Positions 10,640 through 22,634 of a stretch of 64,000 nt of DNA are shown in pieces; positions within the stretch are counted from its first letter, which is position 1, and each line of letters opens with the position of its first letter. Origin of the DNA: Paraphysomonas bandaiensis (taxonomy: Eukaryota > Protista > Chrysophyceae); the NCBI GenBank assembly GCA_965644295.1, contig CBFFRP010000097.1, positions 188,486-252,485 on the forward strand. Direction: 5' to 3'. Under the pieces are notes generated by a model. It was not told where the DNA came from, ran no database searches, and saw only the letters and a program-made list of their open reading frames with translations. The translations under genes were made by a program, and so were the position numbers.

Positions 10640-12439
10640 TTAGCAGTGGTAATTGACATGATTATCGTCACCAACAGCAAGTCCGTCACTATCGATAACA
10701 TTGTCGATACCGGATCCACTGACGCCATTCAGAAACACGCTCACAGTCTTATCAATTTTTATATTCTTCGCACCAGCAGTATTTATTCCTATTGGAGCTC
10801 GAGAAGCTGCATCTCGAAAGTACGAATAGCATCCCATTCCAGTGGCAATATGTCCGTCCACATTCTCTCCCAATTTGTAACAAGAGTGATCCCAGGTAGA
10901 ATCAAGATAATCGTACATGATTTCAGCTTGAAAAAAGTACGTAAGCCCATTACTTCCATTCCAAACTACGTTGTCTTCAATAGTATGTTCTACTGCAAGA
11001 CCATAGGCGAATACATTGTCAGCATTAACAATGAGTCCATTGAAAACTGGGTTTTCGGAATTGTAAGTTAGACCATCCACTCCATGGTCAGCACGCCACA
11101 GCCATGTATTGTCAATGACAGTATACCCACTCTGAATTAAAATCATCGTTCCAACTGGTCCAACTCCTGTGGAGGGCCCACCAACGCGGGCAAACACATC
11201 AGTTAGTACTGTTGGATTTGAGGCGACTCCGATGTAGGCGCCTGATTCTCCAACTTGAAGCATCGCCCCATTCGTTTCATAGTGACCAGCCTCCAGAAGA
11301 ACCCCTGCAACACGAACCCCTGGAACATCAGATATACGGATACATGGTTCTCCATTTGACGGCGCAATGAGAGTTGCCAAACCCAATCCTAGAAGGACTT
11401 GGTTCTCATTGGGAATAACCAGAGATGAATCGAGAGAGTAAACACCAGGAGACACCACCACATGCAATCCAGCCGACAGCTTGGCATTTATAGTTTCCGA
11501 AGAGTCCCCTGGCTGAGTTACATATACATCCGAGAAATCAATTATCTTCGCGCTAGGGTATCCCGTGGAGGTCCATGATAAGCCAGAGCTATCTGTTTGT
11601 GGAGATGGGACAATTAACTTGTACGACTTGCCGCCATCAAGTGTGGTTACGTAGGGCTTCTCAGCAACCAATGGAACAGTGGGCTCCACTGCAATTGATG
11701 CTTGAGAGCTCTCAGTATTGCTTTCTCCACACTGTGCGGCAGGGGCACCATTTACCCCTACAAACACACCATTCCATACTGGAGCTTCGAATCCGCCACC
11801 ACTACTTGAGCTTCGGATCATAAATTGCTGTTGCGATCCGAACTTTGTCCGGCCTCCAACATCAACACCAGAACCCCAACCACCAGACGCATAACCAGCC
11901 GCACAACAGTACTGAGATAAGTATTCAAAAAAGAGTAGGTCGTTATCCACTTTGACATTGCGAAGAGGGGCGGCTTGGGAGACAACCCATGACATCCCAG
12001 TACCAACCTCCCAGGTATAATTGGACATAGAATGAAAATTTTCAGCAGAACGCCAAAATGTTGTTAACGCACCAGTTTCATAAGATCCACATGCCTCTTC
12101 AGCATACACACCTTTGCCACCATCGAACACAGTGTCTGTGGGTGCCATACCTAACCCATAGGCCGATGTGTAGTATCCGATAGGGACATCAAGATCTCTA
12201 TAGGTACCCGGCATGAATAAAAACGCAAATCTTTCACTTGAAAACTCGCCATTATTACATGAGGTACGCGGGTCACCGCCATTGATAGCATACGCAGCCC
12301 CCACAACTCCCTCTATATCAGACGATGACATATCAGGTGAAAACACACTCACAGTGGACGGCCATACAGGAGGGTTCGGTTCAAGACCACCCAGAACACT
12401 ACCAATTAAGGTGATAATAAATAAAGAGAAGTATATCAT
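10640..12439 (-). CDS. Secreted glycoside hydrolase family 55 (beta-1,3-glucanase/laminarinase, actinobacterial-type)
   Basis: Signal peptide. Motifs FAFLFMPGTY, IGYYTSAYGLG, FWRSAEN, VSQAAPLR, DVFARVGG, WLWRADH, GLAVEH and FFQAE match the SacteLam55A-type GH55 pattern. Intronless. Confidence 0.85.
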   Translation of the reverse strand: MIYFSLFIITLIGSVLGGLEPNPPVWPSTVSVFSPDMSSSDIEGVVGAAYAINGGDPRTSCNNGEFSSERFAFLFMPGTYRDLDVPIGYYTSAYGLGMAPTDTVFDGGKGVYAEEACGSYETGALTTFWRSAENFHSMSNYTWEVGTGMSWVVSQAAPLRNVKVDNDLLFFEYLSQYCCAAGYASGGWGSGVDVGGRTKFGSQQQFMIRSSSSGGGFEAPVWNGVFVGVNGAPAAQCGESNTESSQASIAVEPTVPLVAEKPYVTTLDGGKSYKLIVPSPQTDSSGLSWTSTGYPSAKIIDFSDVYVTQPGDSSETINAKLSAGLHVVVSPGVYSLDSSLVIPNENQVLLGLGLATLIAPSNGEPCIRISDVPGVRVAGVLLEAGHYETNGAMLQVGESGAYIGVASNPTVLTDVFARVGGPSTGVGPVGTMILIQSGYTVIDNTWLWRADHGVDGLTYNSENPVFNGLIVNADNVFAYGLAVEHTIEDNVVWNGSNGLTYFFQAEIMYDYLDSTWDHSCYKLGENVDGHIATGMGCYSYFRDAASRAPIGINTAGAKNIKIDKTVSVFLNGVSGSGIDNVIDSDGLAVGDDNHVNYHC

Positions 12440-12514
12440 GATTACGGATTTAAAGATACATACATATCAATAGCTTCACGTGGAATGATGATGATGATGA
12501 TGATGTTGTCACCT

Positions 12515-12636
12515 CGTATCGGCAGTCAGCATCTCATTTTGCGGAAATAAATTGAAACAAAATTCTTCTATATTACTGAGCAATAACTACGGCTGGAATA
12601 CACATAATTATTGTCTCAATATTAGATGCCGATACG
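12515..12636. mobile_element. MITE (~122 bp), copy 1
   Basis: Perfect 10-bp TIR CGTATCGGCA...TGCCGATACG. A related copy lies at 54660-54775. Confidence 0.75.
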
Positions 12637-12866
12637 CTCTCTAGTACAAGAACTGCCTGTACGACATACAGTTGTACATACAGCAGTATACGGTATATGC
12701 ATACCTACCTAGCTAGGGGAATACCTACCTACCTCTTACATACGTACATACCAATCTACATGCATACACATATATGTAGGAGCTTGACGAGGATCTTTGC
12801 AGGTTGTGATACGACTTTGATCAAGATAATTTTAAACAGCAATACGTTCCACTTTACGTTATTTTG

Positions 12867-14471
12867 ATGATCGAGAGCATCGATATATCTCATAGGCGGA
12901 ATGCAGTTGTGGATAAGAACATCGTGTATTTATTTATGCTGGTGTCTGCTTCCTACATGCTGCCATGGACCGCTATAGGGTCATTGTTACACTACTTTGC
13001 AGGAAAATATGGCGACAAGTATTTTGTTTTTCTTAATGTTGCTTTTTACGGTAACTTATACGGTATCTGCGTATGTGGTGTACTGATATATATATACAGG
13101 AATTGGACTGCCGTTGTCGTACAGTCAGAAAAAGTTTGATATATATTTTGATGCTATTTATGGATCCAAGTTTCTTTTTCGAAGACGTCTTTGGATTTCT
13201 ATGTCGATACTCTTTGTTTGTCTTCTTTGTGGTCCGTTTACAGGTGAAATAGGCACTCTTGGGATTGTAGTCGTTATCGGACTCTGTACGTGGTCCAGTC
13301 ATGGATGCGCTACTACTTTAGCCAGTATAGTTAAAATGAATAGTAGCACTATGCAGCAGATAGGATTTGCTTTTCCTGGTATATTCAGTGTGATAATGGT
13401 GATGACCCTCAATATGGAAGGGGATGTTTCTAGCACACGACTCATACTCTTCTACTATATCACAGCTGCACTTGTTTTACCTGGGCTGTTCGCGTGGGTA
13501 AGAAATCATGAAGGACTGATATGTGATATCTAACTATGAAATTCTACAGATTATTTTGTGTCGGTCCAATTTAGTTAGGAGTGCATTAGAAGCAAAGGAC
13601 GAGTCGATGGGTGGAATGGTCGTACGCACAGCTGAAGATCTTGGGGTACCAGTTAAGACAGGACCATCAGCATATAGCCCTCTTGTTCTTGAGGATTGTT
13701 CCGAGGAAGAAAATGCCACACAAAAGACTTTAGATAAGGAACAGCAATATCGGAAGCCATCGTTAGTGGAAATTCTATTCTCATCCAACACTACAACAGT
13801 GCTTGACGACTCTCGGCGGCTACTTAAGACCCACCCCAGTCTCCTCAAGCATGCATTTGATGACGAGAGCATTACTACCTCTATATCCACTCATAGATGG
13901 ACTCTTTTCTTGACCATATCAATATCAATTTTGCAGGGATCACTACTTTCGTACACCTGCGGGTGTACTCTATGGGGGGAGGCCCTCCCACCTCTCCTGT
14001 ACTTCGTTAGGATATTTGCCGATCTTCTTGGCAGACCGCTCGCACTGCTTCCAAAACCCCCATTTCTTGAATCAATAAAGGGAGTTCTTTGCGGGTCCAT
14101 CGTGCGAGTGTTAGCCTCGTTGTACTTTTTCTACACCATCCATAATATATCCCCCAATCCGGAACATCTTCATAACACTCTAGAACAATCCCTAACGCTT
14201 GTCATGTTCCAGGTACGTCATAATTCTTTACTTACCACATATGTTTATTGGAATTTTTCAATAGGCAGTTTTTTCTGCACTGTCTGGGTATTTTAATTGC
14301 CTCACATACGAGTATGCGTCATCTGCATTCTCTACAGACACAGAACGCCTCGTCGCAGCACAATATTTAAATCTTACGTTTCAAGCTGCATGTACTGTGG
14401 GTGTATCGGCTGCTATCACGATAGTCATTATTGTTGAGTACTACAACCCTTGCACACATGGGGTATGCTGA
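12867..14471 (+). CDS. Equilibrative nucleoside transporter (ENT/SLC29)-like, 4 exons
   Basis: Motifs MLPWTAI, FADLLGRPL and FSALSGYFN. Multiple TM helices with a central loop. GT-AG introns join the ORF pieces to TGA at 14469-14471. Confidence 0.75.
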
Positions 14472-15312
14472 TAGGTTGTATAATCCAGTTCACAATTTCA
14501 ATGCATATAATTCGTCATCTTGGCTAATACAGAATCTGTTTCAATATGTATTTTGTAGATATCGTATGTATTAGCAATTATTGATCGACAAAGCATTATA
14601 GTATTACCCTATATAAAACTCTGATCGCATGTCATTATAAGTTATGGAATTGGCCTCGTGAAATATTATAAATTGTTCAAACCAGTCAAGTTCTAATTGA
14701 TGGGTAGGTTGTGTTATTTTTTTGAATGGAAAGAAGTTATGTTTTGATGAGGTGAGTAACGTAAACACCTATCGAAATAATATAGTATAAATCTGACAGT
14801 AGTTCCTATATTTATCATATTTTGGTGGTACCGGTCTAATAGCACACAAGGGACGAAGTAGAGAAATATAAAATGGAATAGTATTAACTTATGAACTATG
14901 AACTACTTCTTAACTTCACCACTACTTAAATTCCATATACAGTTTCATACATATAGTATATGAATGACGACGATGTTGAGCTAATACTCACTATCTTCAC
15001 AACCGAGCGTTACATAATAAAGGTACAGAGTATAGTTGTAGTACATGGCATAACCAGCCTCCCCGTGTAGTAAAACTGCCTCTTCGGTCGTTCTATGAGT
15101 AGATCTTTCTCTGTGCTTCAATAAATAGACTATAGTGATGTTGTCGGAGTCCATATATCACAACTACATTGTCGTAAATAGAGTTCAACCTTAATGATGT
15201 AGCCTGATACTCTACCCCAAGGAGGCGAAGGATGATGACACTCAGAGGGCACAAGATGTCCATAGATGTGGTATGGGTGCATTGAAAATGCTGTATATTG
15301 TGACGAAAAATC

Positions 15313-16739
15313 GGTGTGCCCCCACTCTATCGAAACCAACTTCATCGATTTCCACTTCCTATATTCCCACTTCCTATAAATCCCACTTCCTATAAAAGCT
15401 GGAAAACCCGGATTTCCTATATCCATATATATGTGTCCTCACAGTCTTCAAGGGCACGAATTGCCGTTGTTGGTAGAAGTCCAATATCAGTGCACGATAT
15501 AAATATTCCACCTGATTCTCCATTGAGGAATTTGCCTTCGTCTAATGAACTCTTCTTACGTCATGTTGGAGATTTGCGTGACAGTAAGTGTCTTATTTTC
15601 CATACAGATGCCTTTTTTTGAGAGGTTGTGTGGTGCAAATATGGTGTACACCGACGGCACATTTAAAGTTATGCCAATAATTTTTGGAAACAGCGGCCAG
15701 CTCTTGACTATCCATTTCATAACTGGAGAAAGATCAATGCCGGGTTTGTATGCCATACTACCAGGAAAATCAAAAAAGGCATCTGTATGGAAAATAAGAC
15801 ACTTACTGTCACGCAAATCTCCAACATGACGTAAGAAGAGTTCATTAGACGAAGGCAAATTCCTCAATGGAGAATCAGGTGGAATATTTATATCGTGCAC
15901 TGATATTGGACTTCATGAGGTGAGAGAATCATGAGTTCTAAAATGCGCAAATCCACGAGCAGCAACGTATTCTGGTGACGTAAGCTCAGGATTTTGCAAT
16001 GATATGGCCATCGTACGATATGCATCGACAACGCCATTGGCAAAATGAGCAAGAAACTGGGCCTTTGCTTGCCTATTGATATAGACTATCTCCGTCACCT
16101 GGCATGGAGTCTCAAGATTTTCAGCTTCAGTTTCTTCGTAATCAAATACCACAGCTGTGTGGGGCTTGGTCACTCGAATGTCAGTGTCTTCTGACTCTCT
16201 TGTCGATACGGCCCGGCCCGTGCACGCATCCCCAGCCTCACATACCCAATATACTTTGTACCGTCCATCAACAGTTTGCTTCAGAGAATTCCGAGTGTAC
16301 ACATGTCGTTGCCAGTACAATAGACGCCTCTGTTTGGACGATAGCAATGGTAATTGTTTGTTGAACATTGTGACTATGTATCCACAATGAGATTATAGAT
16401 GGAATGGTATGTTTCTGTACCATTCCCTCTATATGAGATTGGTATCCATGTCGACAGTGTTGCTGAGGATCAAGCCGTGTCAGGTGACAGTGTATGCCTA
16501 TGGACGGAGTGTTATGTGAGCGATACGCCTCCAGCATGCATTGGACCCACCATGATAGCCGTTGACCATGGTAATTGAGGTACAGGAATTCGACGAGAGA
16601 AAAGTGGGGTTTTGAGCAGTTTATAGGAAATGGGATTATAGGAAATGGGATTGTAGGTTTTGGGATTATAGCAAAAGGGCATTATTTTTATAGGAAGTGG
16701 GTTTTATAGGAAGTGGGTTTATAGGAACTGGGGTGGGAT
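15313..16739 (-). mobile_element. Defective Mutator-like (MULE) DNA transposon with internal inversion
   Basis: 9-bp duplication CGAAAAATC at 15304-15312 and 16740-16748. Inverted subterminal arrays CCCACTTCCTATAAA / TTTATAGGAAGTGGG. FLYWCH-like YWVC..C..R..H segment at 15913-16368 (-) and MULE DDE segment VYTDGTFKVMP..QLLTIH..YAILPGKS. Confidence 0.85.
15476..15914. repeat. ~145-bp near-perfect inverted repeat (15476-15621 / 15770-15914)
   Basis: The same peptide, SPISVHDINIPPDSPLRNLPSSNELFLRHVGDLRDSKCLIFHTDAFF, is encoded on both strands. The arms differ by T7 vs A6. Confidence 0.95.
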
Positions 16740-17006
16740 CGAAAAATCCTGCTTTTTATTTTAATTTCAAGAGTTTTTTGGCTAACCATAAAAGAAAAGT
16801 TTATTTTATTTCAGTCCAATATTTTGGTTGTGTGAGTGATATGAGGTCGCTCATTGGTTATGTATGGAGCATGATGTCACTATACCACATGCTGCTGTAC
16901 CTCTCATATATATAGCTGCTATACATGCATATATAACACAAGGCAACAGCTGTGGGGGCATATATAATAATATAGAATGGACAATTAACATACACATGTC
17001 TAATGT

Positions 17007-18351
17007 ATGTCTGTTATTGCAAGTGTGAAAAGTTTGGTTATAAATAAAGTGGTTGGGAGGCCGAGATATATCAGGACCATGCCAGTGAAAGCACGCGACC
17101 ATACAAAGAAAAGGAAACGCGATCCAACCACTACAGAGATACCTAGAGAGGATGCTGAATCGAAGACAGTTGATTCCTATACTGTTTTGAACCAACTGAC
17201 ATGGAGAGATCTTAATATATCGCCGAATGAAATGACACCGTGCTACACACTAGTCACTGGCCAGTGTTTTAATTGGCAGAGAATCGACAACAGCAATGTA
17301 TGGGTGGGAGTGATTGGAAAGCGTCCTTTTGCTTTGCGTCAGGAGCCAACTACAACGTTTTATGCGTGCTTACAAGAGGGGGTTGATGATAGTGAACAGC
17401 GTGTGATTCTTCAGGAATATTTCCAACTGAATCATTCCATTTCGGAACTTTATGAAGAGGTTCGTACTACTAAAGGTGATGCTTAATTATTGTTAATGTC
17501 TTTATAGTGGAGTACTCAGTGCCCACGAATGAAAATTGTTACGACATGCATACCTGGTGGGTGGTGATTGATTTATTCATTTGAAGTTGATGTGAAGTTC
17601 AGGAGTCAGAGTGGTAAGACAAGATCCGTGGGAATGTCTAGCTTCATTCATATTTTCATCTAATAACAACATTAAAAGAATAACGAAGGGTCTACAAGGG
17701 TTACGGGCCCAGTATGGTGAACATCTTTGCACTCTTCATTGGACAGCAAGTGATGACGCATGGCGAGTGTCAGAAGACCCTATATTAGATGGGGCAGAAA
17801 CAGAGCGTATAGTACCTTTGTATTCATTCCCCTCTGCAGCTGCTCTCCTGGCCAATTCTTCAGAGGAGAAATTGCGCGCATTAGGAATGGGATACCGTGC
17901 ACGGTTTTTGATTGAGAGCAGTCGCCACGTTTGCGACATGGGCGGCGAGCAATGGCTGTTGAACATGAGGTCACGGGAACGTGAGGAAGTGCAAAAAGAA
18001 CTCATCACTCTCTGTGGTGTTGGTCTGAAAGTTGCTGACTGTGTGGCACTGTTTTCCTTAGACCAAGCAGATGCGGTACCAGTTGATACTCATGTATGGG
18101 ATATCGCTATTAGAGATTATGCACCATCTCTGGCAGAGGCGAAGAGTCTCACACCTACTGTATACAGCCGTGTGGGAGACATATTTCGAGAAATATTTCC
18201 TAAGAAAGCTGGATGGGCACATAGCGTTTTATTTGCAGCAGAATTACCAGAATTCAGATCGCTTTTACCTAGCGACGTGCAAGAGGAAATGAAAAATTTT
18301 GTAGTAGAGCAGAAAGCAAAAAAACAAGCTCTTAAGAAAAAACAAAAATGA
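17007..18351 (+). CDS. OGG1: 8-oxoguanine DNA glycosylase, 3 exons
   Basis: Motifs TLVTGQCFNW, RQDPWECLASFIFSSNNNIKRI, LGMGYRA, HhH-GPD GVGLKVADCVALFSL..VPVDTHVW and AGWAHSVLF. Confidence 0.95.
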
Positions 18352-18500
18352 ATATACGACATGTACTAAATATAATAAATTTATAGTCCTATTATAATGA
18401 TATACAGATTCATGGATATTATGTACTGAGGTCTAGGGAGGACTAGTGTTTTTACTATAGTAAGTCCGAGCTGTGTATTTGTTCAATACGGGTCAGTGTA

Positions 18501-19854
18501 TGGTCTTAACCACACTCATTAACCACAGTCAGTAACCACACTTATAAGCAGTACTATATTTACGTTCATATCTATTAAATTTATTGTATTACTCTACTAA
18601 ATAGTACTATCAGAGAGTGTGCTTGCATACACATACAAATCGTTTGCTAGAGTTTGACAATAACCAAAGTACTCAAAATCTTCGGAATCGACATTCATTA
18701 TATGACGATATGCGTTGACAGTGTTTTCTATTATACAACAAAACATAAACGAGTTATGCTCTCCCGCCTCACCCAAACGCCCATTGCCACCATCCCTGTG
18801 TGGTCATACCGTCATACACTCTGTTTGATTTGCTTGTTGTATTTGTCATAGGCATAAAACAGCTTGTAATAGTCATCAATCACAGGAATACATATATGAT
18901 GTCGAGACCTTGGTTGTCCGCCTCGTGTACGCATTACTTAATACTGTGTGTTGCTTCCCATCTTTCCTATGAGCGTGCACAACTATTTGCTTCTTTCTTT
19001 TGTTCTATACCCCTTCCATTTTCCCCACATATCAACTCCGTGCTGCACCAATCGTGTCTACGCAGGAATTGCTTCGGATTAATAATCCCTCAACGAATAC
19101 TCTTAAACTTCAAGGAGACATCTTCAGAGTAGAGCTTGTCAAACGTAAAGTTGGCAGTGAATGTTTCGGCAAATAGTATGCCAAACGACGTAATCGTAGG
19201 ATAATTTCTTCTGAACTCTTTTCGGTATTATTCCAATCCTTAACACAGTGGACGGACCTTCTTCTGGACACCAGTAAACACGAATTGTTCGCCATACATA
19301 CGAATCCAAATAGCACGCATCTTATATCTTACTCACAGTGAACAGCACAGAGTTTCCTTTGTTGAAAACGAGGTGCTCAGGATCTATATCTCGAGCAATT
19401 GTCGTGACAAGTGCAGGTGTAACAAACTAAAGAAATATGCTCAGGAGCGTTAGCCTTCGCAGCTCTAACGTTGGATATTGACTGAGAAGGTCTGAATCTG
19501 GCAAATGAAACGATTCATGTCTCAAACCAATCCGCTTCCACTGTTTTTGAACCTTCTTCGACTCAGCCCCTATTTTGGCTCGTTGTGCAGCCTTCTCTAT
19601 GCGCTCTTTAGTATTGGATCTGCTCTCCTTTGGAGACATCTTTAAGTATAAGAATGAGTCGAATATAATGAAGTTACCTGCACATCATTTTGCCCTGTGA
19701 TTGGGTCACTGGGAGTGCTGTCCGCTGCTGTCATATGAATTCACATACTTCCTTTGAGTCCAGTCCGAATTGACTGTTACGTTTTTTCCGTACATAACAA
19801 CAGTGTTTTTTGTGCTGTGAAGGTGAGTGTGGTTTTTGAGTGTGGTTAAAACCA
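18501..19854 (-). mobile_element. Degenerate TIR DNA element (~1.35 kb)
   Basis: TIR TGGTCTTAACCACACTCA vs TGGTTTTAACCACACTCA (reverse complement of right end). Subterminal AACCACAC repeats at both ends, GTA on both flanks, and broken minus-strand ORFs inside. Confidence 0.7.
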
Positions 19855-21477
19855 GTAACAATTAATTAGTGAGAGGTATCCAATTATAATAGTTGCAACT
19901 AGTAATCAAGTGAATAAAGAATTGATCTTTATAATAGTAAAACAATGTTGTGATTATTAGAGTGTAAGTAATGAACACGATAGAGTGAAAATTATGAATA
20001 ACAATATAGAACGTACTATCATGCACAACGGAATAGTTAGAAGTGTAACTGATAATGACGACGTTATGATGACGATAACGTATCTTCGACAGATACTCTC
20101 TCTAATTCAGTTCATGGTATATTTCATTGAACATTATAACTCACAGATACAATCATGTATTAAGCTGAATCCTAATAAAGTGTCCAATAATGAATTAATT
20201 AGTTGGCTATTATGAACTAGATCTCCTCCCAAAGATGCCTACTTTCACGCAGAAACATCAACATTTCCAGGTGTCTATGAGTCACTCGCGAAAATCAGTC
20301 AGAACAATCATAGCTTTGCTATGAAAACATGAAAACCTTCATAAATATTGGTAGTGCTATACAACGATGTCGCGTAGGCAGGTTATTGCGTGCGCTTTCG
20401 GCTGCCTTTAAGTAAACAAATGATCCTGCCTTCCTTATCATCTTTCTTTCCTTCGTCGAAGTCACCTTCGTCAGTAGATATAGTTTTCTTCTTCCATACC
20501 ACCAAAATAGTAGATAAACTGTTCTCTCTAAATCTGCATTTTCAGGAATTTCCGCGTGTGTACCCAGGTGAAATTTAATCGTCACAGTGTACCCGGACGG
20601 CAAGCTGTTCTTCTCTTCTTGATTGTAATAATTTACAGACTATATCAATCCTTTCTAAATTAGACAAACGAAACCTTTCACTGGCATGATCCACTCCTTT
20701 TTGGATTAATCACACCCACGCAGATGAGTTTACAATTCCTTATGTTCTTTATTTTAGTAGCAGGTGGTAGTTTATTTTTGCATTTTTCAACTGGCGTATC
20801 GGTATGTGTATAGGTGGACTAGATTGCCACCATGTCGGAGTACCCGTCAGTTGCAGTAAATAAATAGGAACAAGCATTACTACTCCATTTGTGTTATACC
20901 CATACACTACCGGTAATACATACGTAGCAACCTCCACGACCTACTATACTTGAATACTTCTGCAATCAGCTTCACACAACTATCATTAACAAGGATATAC
21001 CCTATTTCTTCTTCGCTAATACAGCTATACAGAATACAGATTAAGATGATATATAATTAAACCAGCCAACTAATTGGTGAGAGATATCCAATTACAATAG
21101 TTGACATTTTTTTCAAACCAATTAATTTTATGGGCAATTCAACTAATTGGTAGATATTTCCTACTAAAAGAAAACCCATTAATTATTACGCAAGCCTGGT
21201 TCAAGGTTTAATAACCGCTGTAATTGTCGTGAGGAGCTAATATTTCGTATTCTATACTGTGCGTAGTGGAGAGTGAAAAAATAAGAGGCGAGTTATATAT
21301 CTCTTCCTATCAAATTACAAGTAACAAGCGAGAATAAACACTTACAACATATATTAAACGGTTATAACTATACAATAGTATAATAGCTAATCAACGCTCA
21401 CAATTATCCTTTAGTAGCTGCTCTTAACGTCTCATTTAGCTGTTTCTTTCCTATTCTATTACTATTTTCCAACTGTA

Positions 21478-22294
21478 TCATTGATGATGACCATGGACTA
21501 CGTGTCTATTCAGAGTATCATAGAGTGACACCCTTCCACCTTCCACACTTTCTTCCTCTTCTCGGCTACTGCACTCAGAGGGGCGCTCTGCTCTTCCTAG
21601 TCCCACCCGGCCTCTTGAATTGAGCCGAGTTTTATTTATCTCTAAGAACTGCTGAAGAGCAAATGATCGTTCCAGCACAGTTTCGATCTTAACCATAGCC
21701 CGTATGTATTCTTGCAGTGCTTGCCTCCGCCTTATAATAAAATCTTCGTCGAATCTATAAAATTATAAATGATGGCTGTGACTGAACTATAACATAATTA
21801 AAGCAACCTGTTCATCCACCGACGGACAGAGAGCCAGCCTTTCCCAGGTAAAGAAGGTAACCAAGACGGATCCACCCAATCCTCTGCAAGTATTTTATTG
21901 TGAAACGCCACAAAGTCACTGTATCGACGTTTAAGAGTCCACGCGCGACCATTCTGCCATAGCTACAACACAATAAATGCAAAGTATTAGAATTTAAATA
22001 CCATTACCTCAATAACGTATTGCGTGTGTCCAAGTGTCTGAAACAAACCATGACTACAGTTAGATACCCATAAACAATACATACTCTAATATTTTTGTGT
22101 CTCGGAATGCTGACTGCTAACTGAACTTGTTGAGGTTCAGCAGTTCCATCTGCCCATGTTACTGTTCGTCTTAATGTAGATTTCCTGGAACTCCCGGTGT
22201 CAATAGTACTATCATCAGCAGCAAATGGAGGGGCCGGCTTGCTTGTGCTAAACTCATGTGGTTGGCTCGATGAACTACATTCAGAATCTGCCAT
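21478..22294 (-). CDS. PX (Phox homology) domain protein, 4 exons
   Basis: Spliced translation gives WTLKRRYSDFVAFH, LPSLPGK, FDEDFIIRRRQALQEYI and LQQFLE. Confidence 0.85.
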
Positions 22295-22431
22295 AGCTAC
22301 GTAACACAGTCCGTGTCAGGCTGTCATATTTTCGTCAAAAACATAATTAAATTCGTAAACTTTATGCAAAATATGACTTTAAAGACTATGCTAGAAATAC
22401 GTTCATGTCTACTGCAGATAAATGCAGAACG

Positions 22432-22634
22432 GTATGTATGTATGTATGTATGTATGTATGTATGTATGTATGTATGTATGTATGTATGTATGTATGTATG
22501 TATGTATGTATGTATGTATGTATGTATGTATGTATGTATGTATGTATGTATGTATGTATGTATGTATGTATGTATGTATGTATGTATGTATGTATGTATG
22601 TATGTATGTATGTATGTATGTATGTATGTATGTA
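22432..22634. repeat. (TATG)n microsatellite, ~50 units
   Basis: Uninterrupted tetranucleotide tract. Confidence 0.98.
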
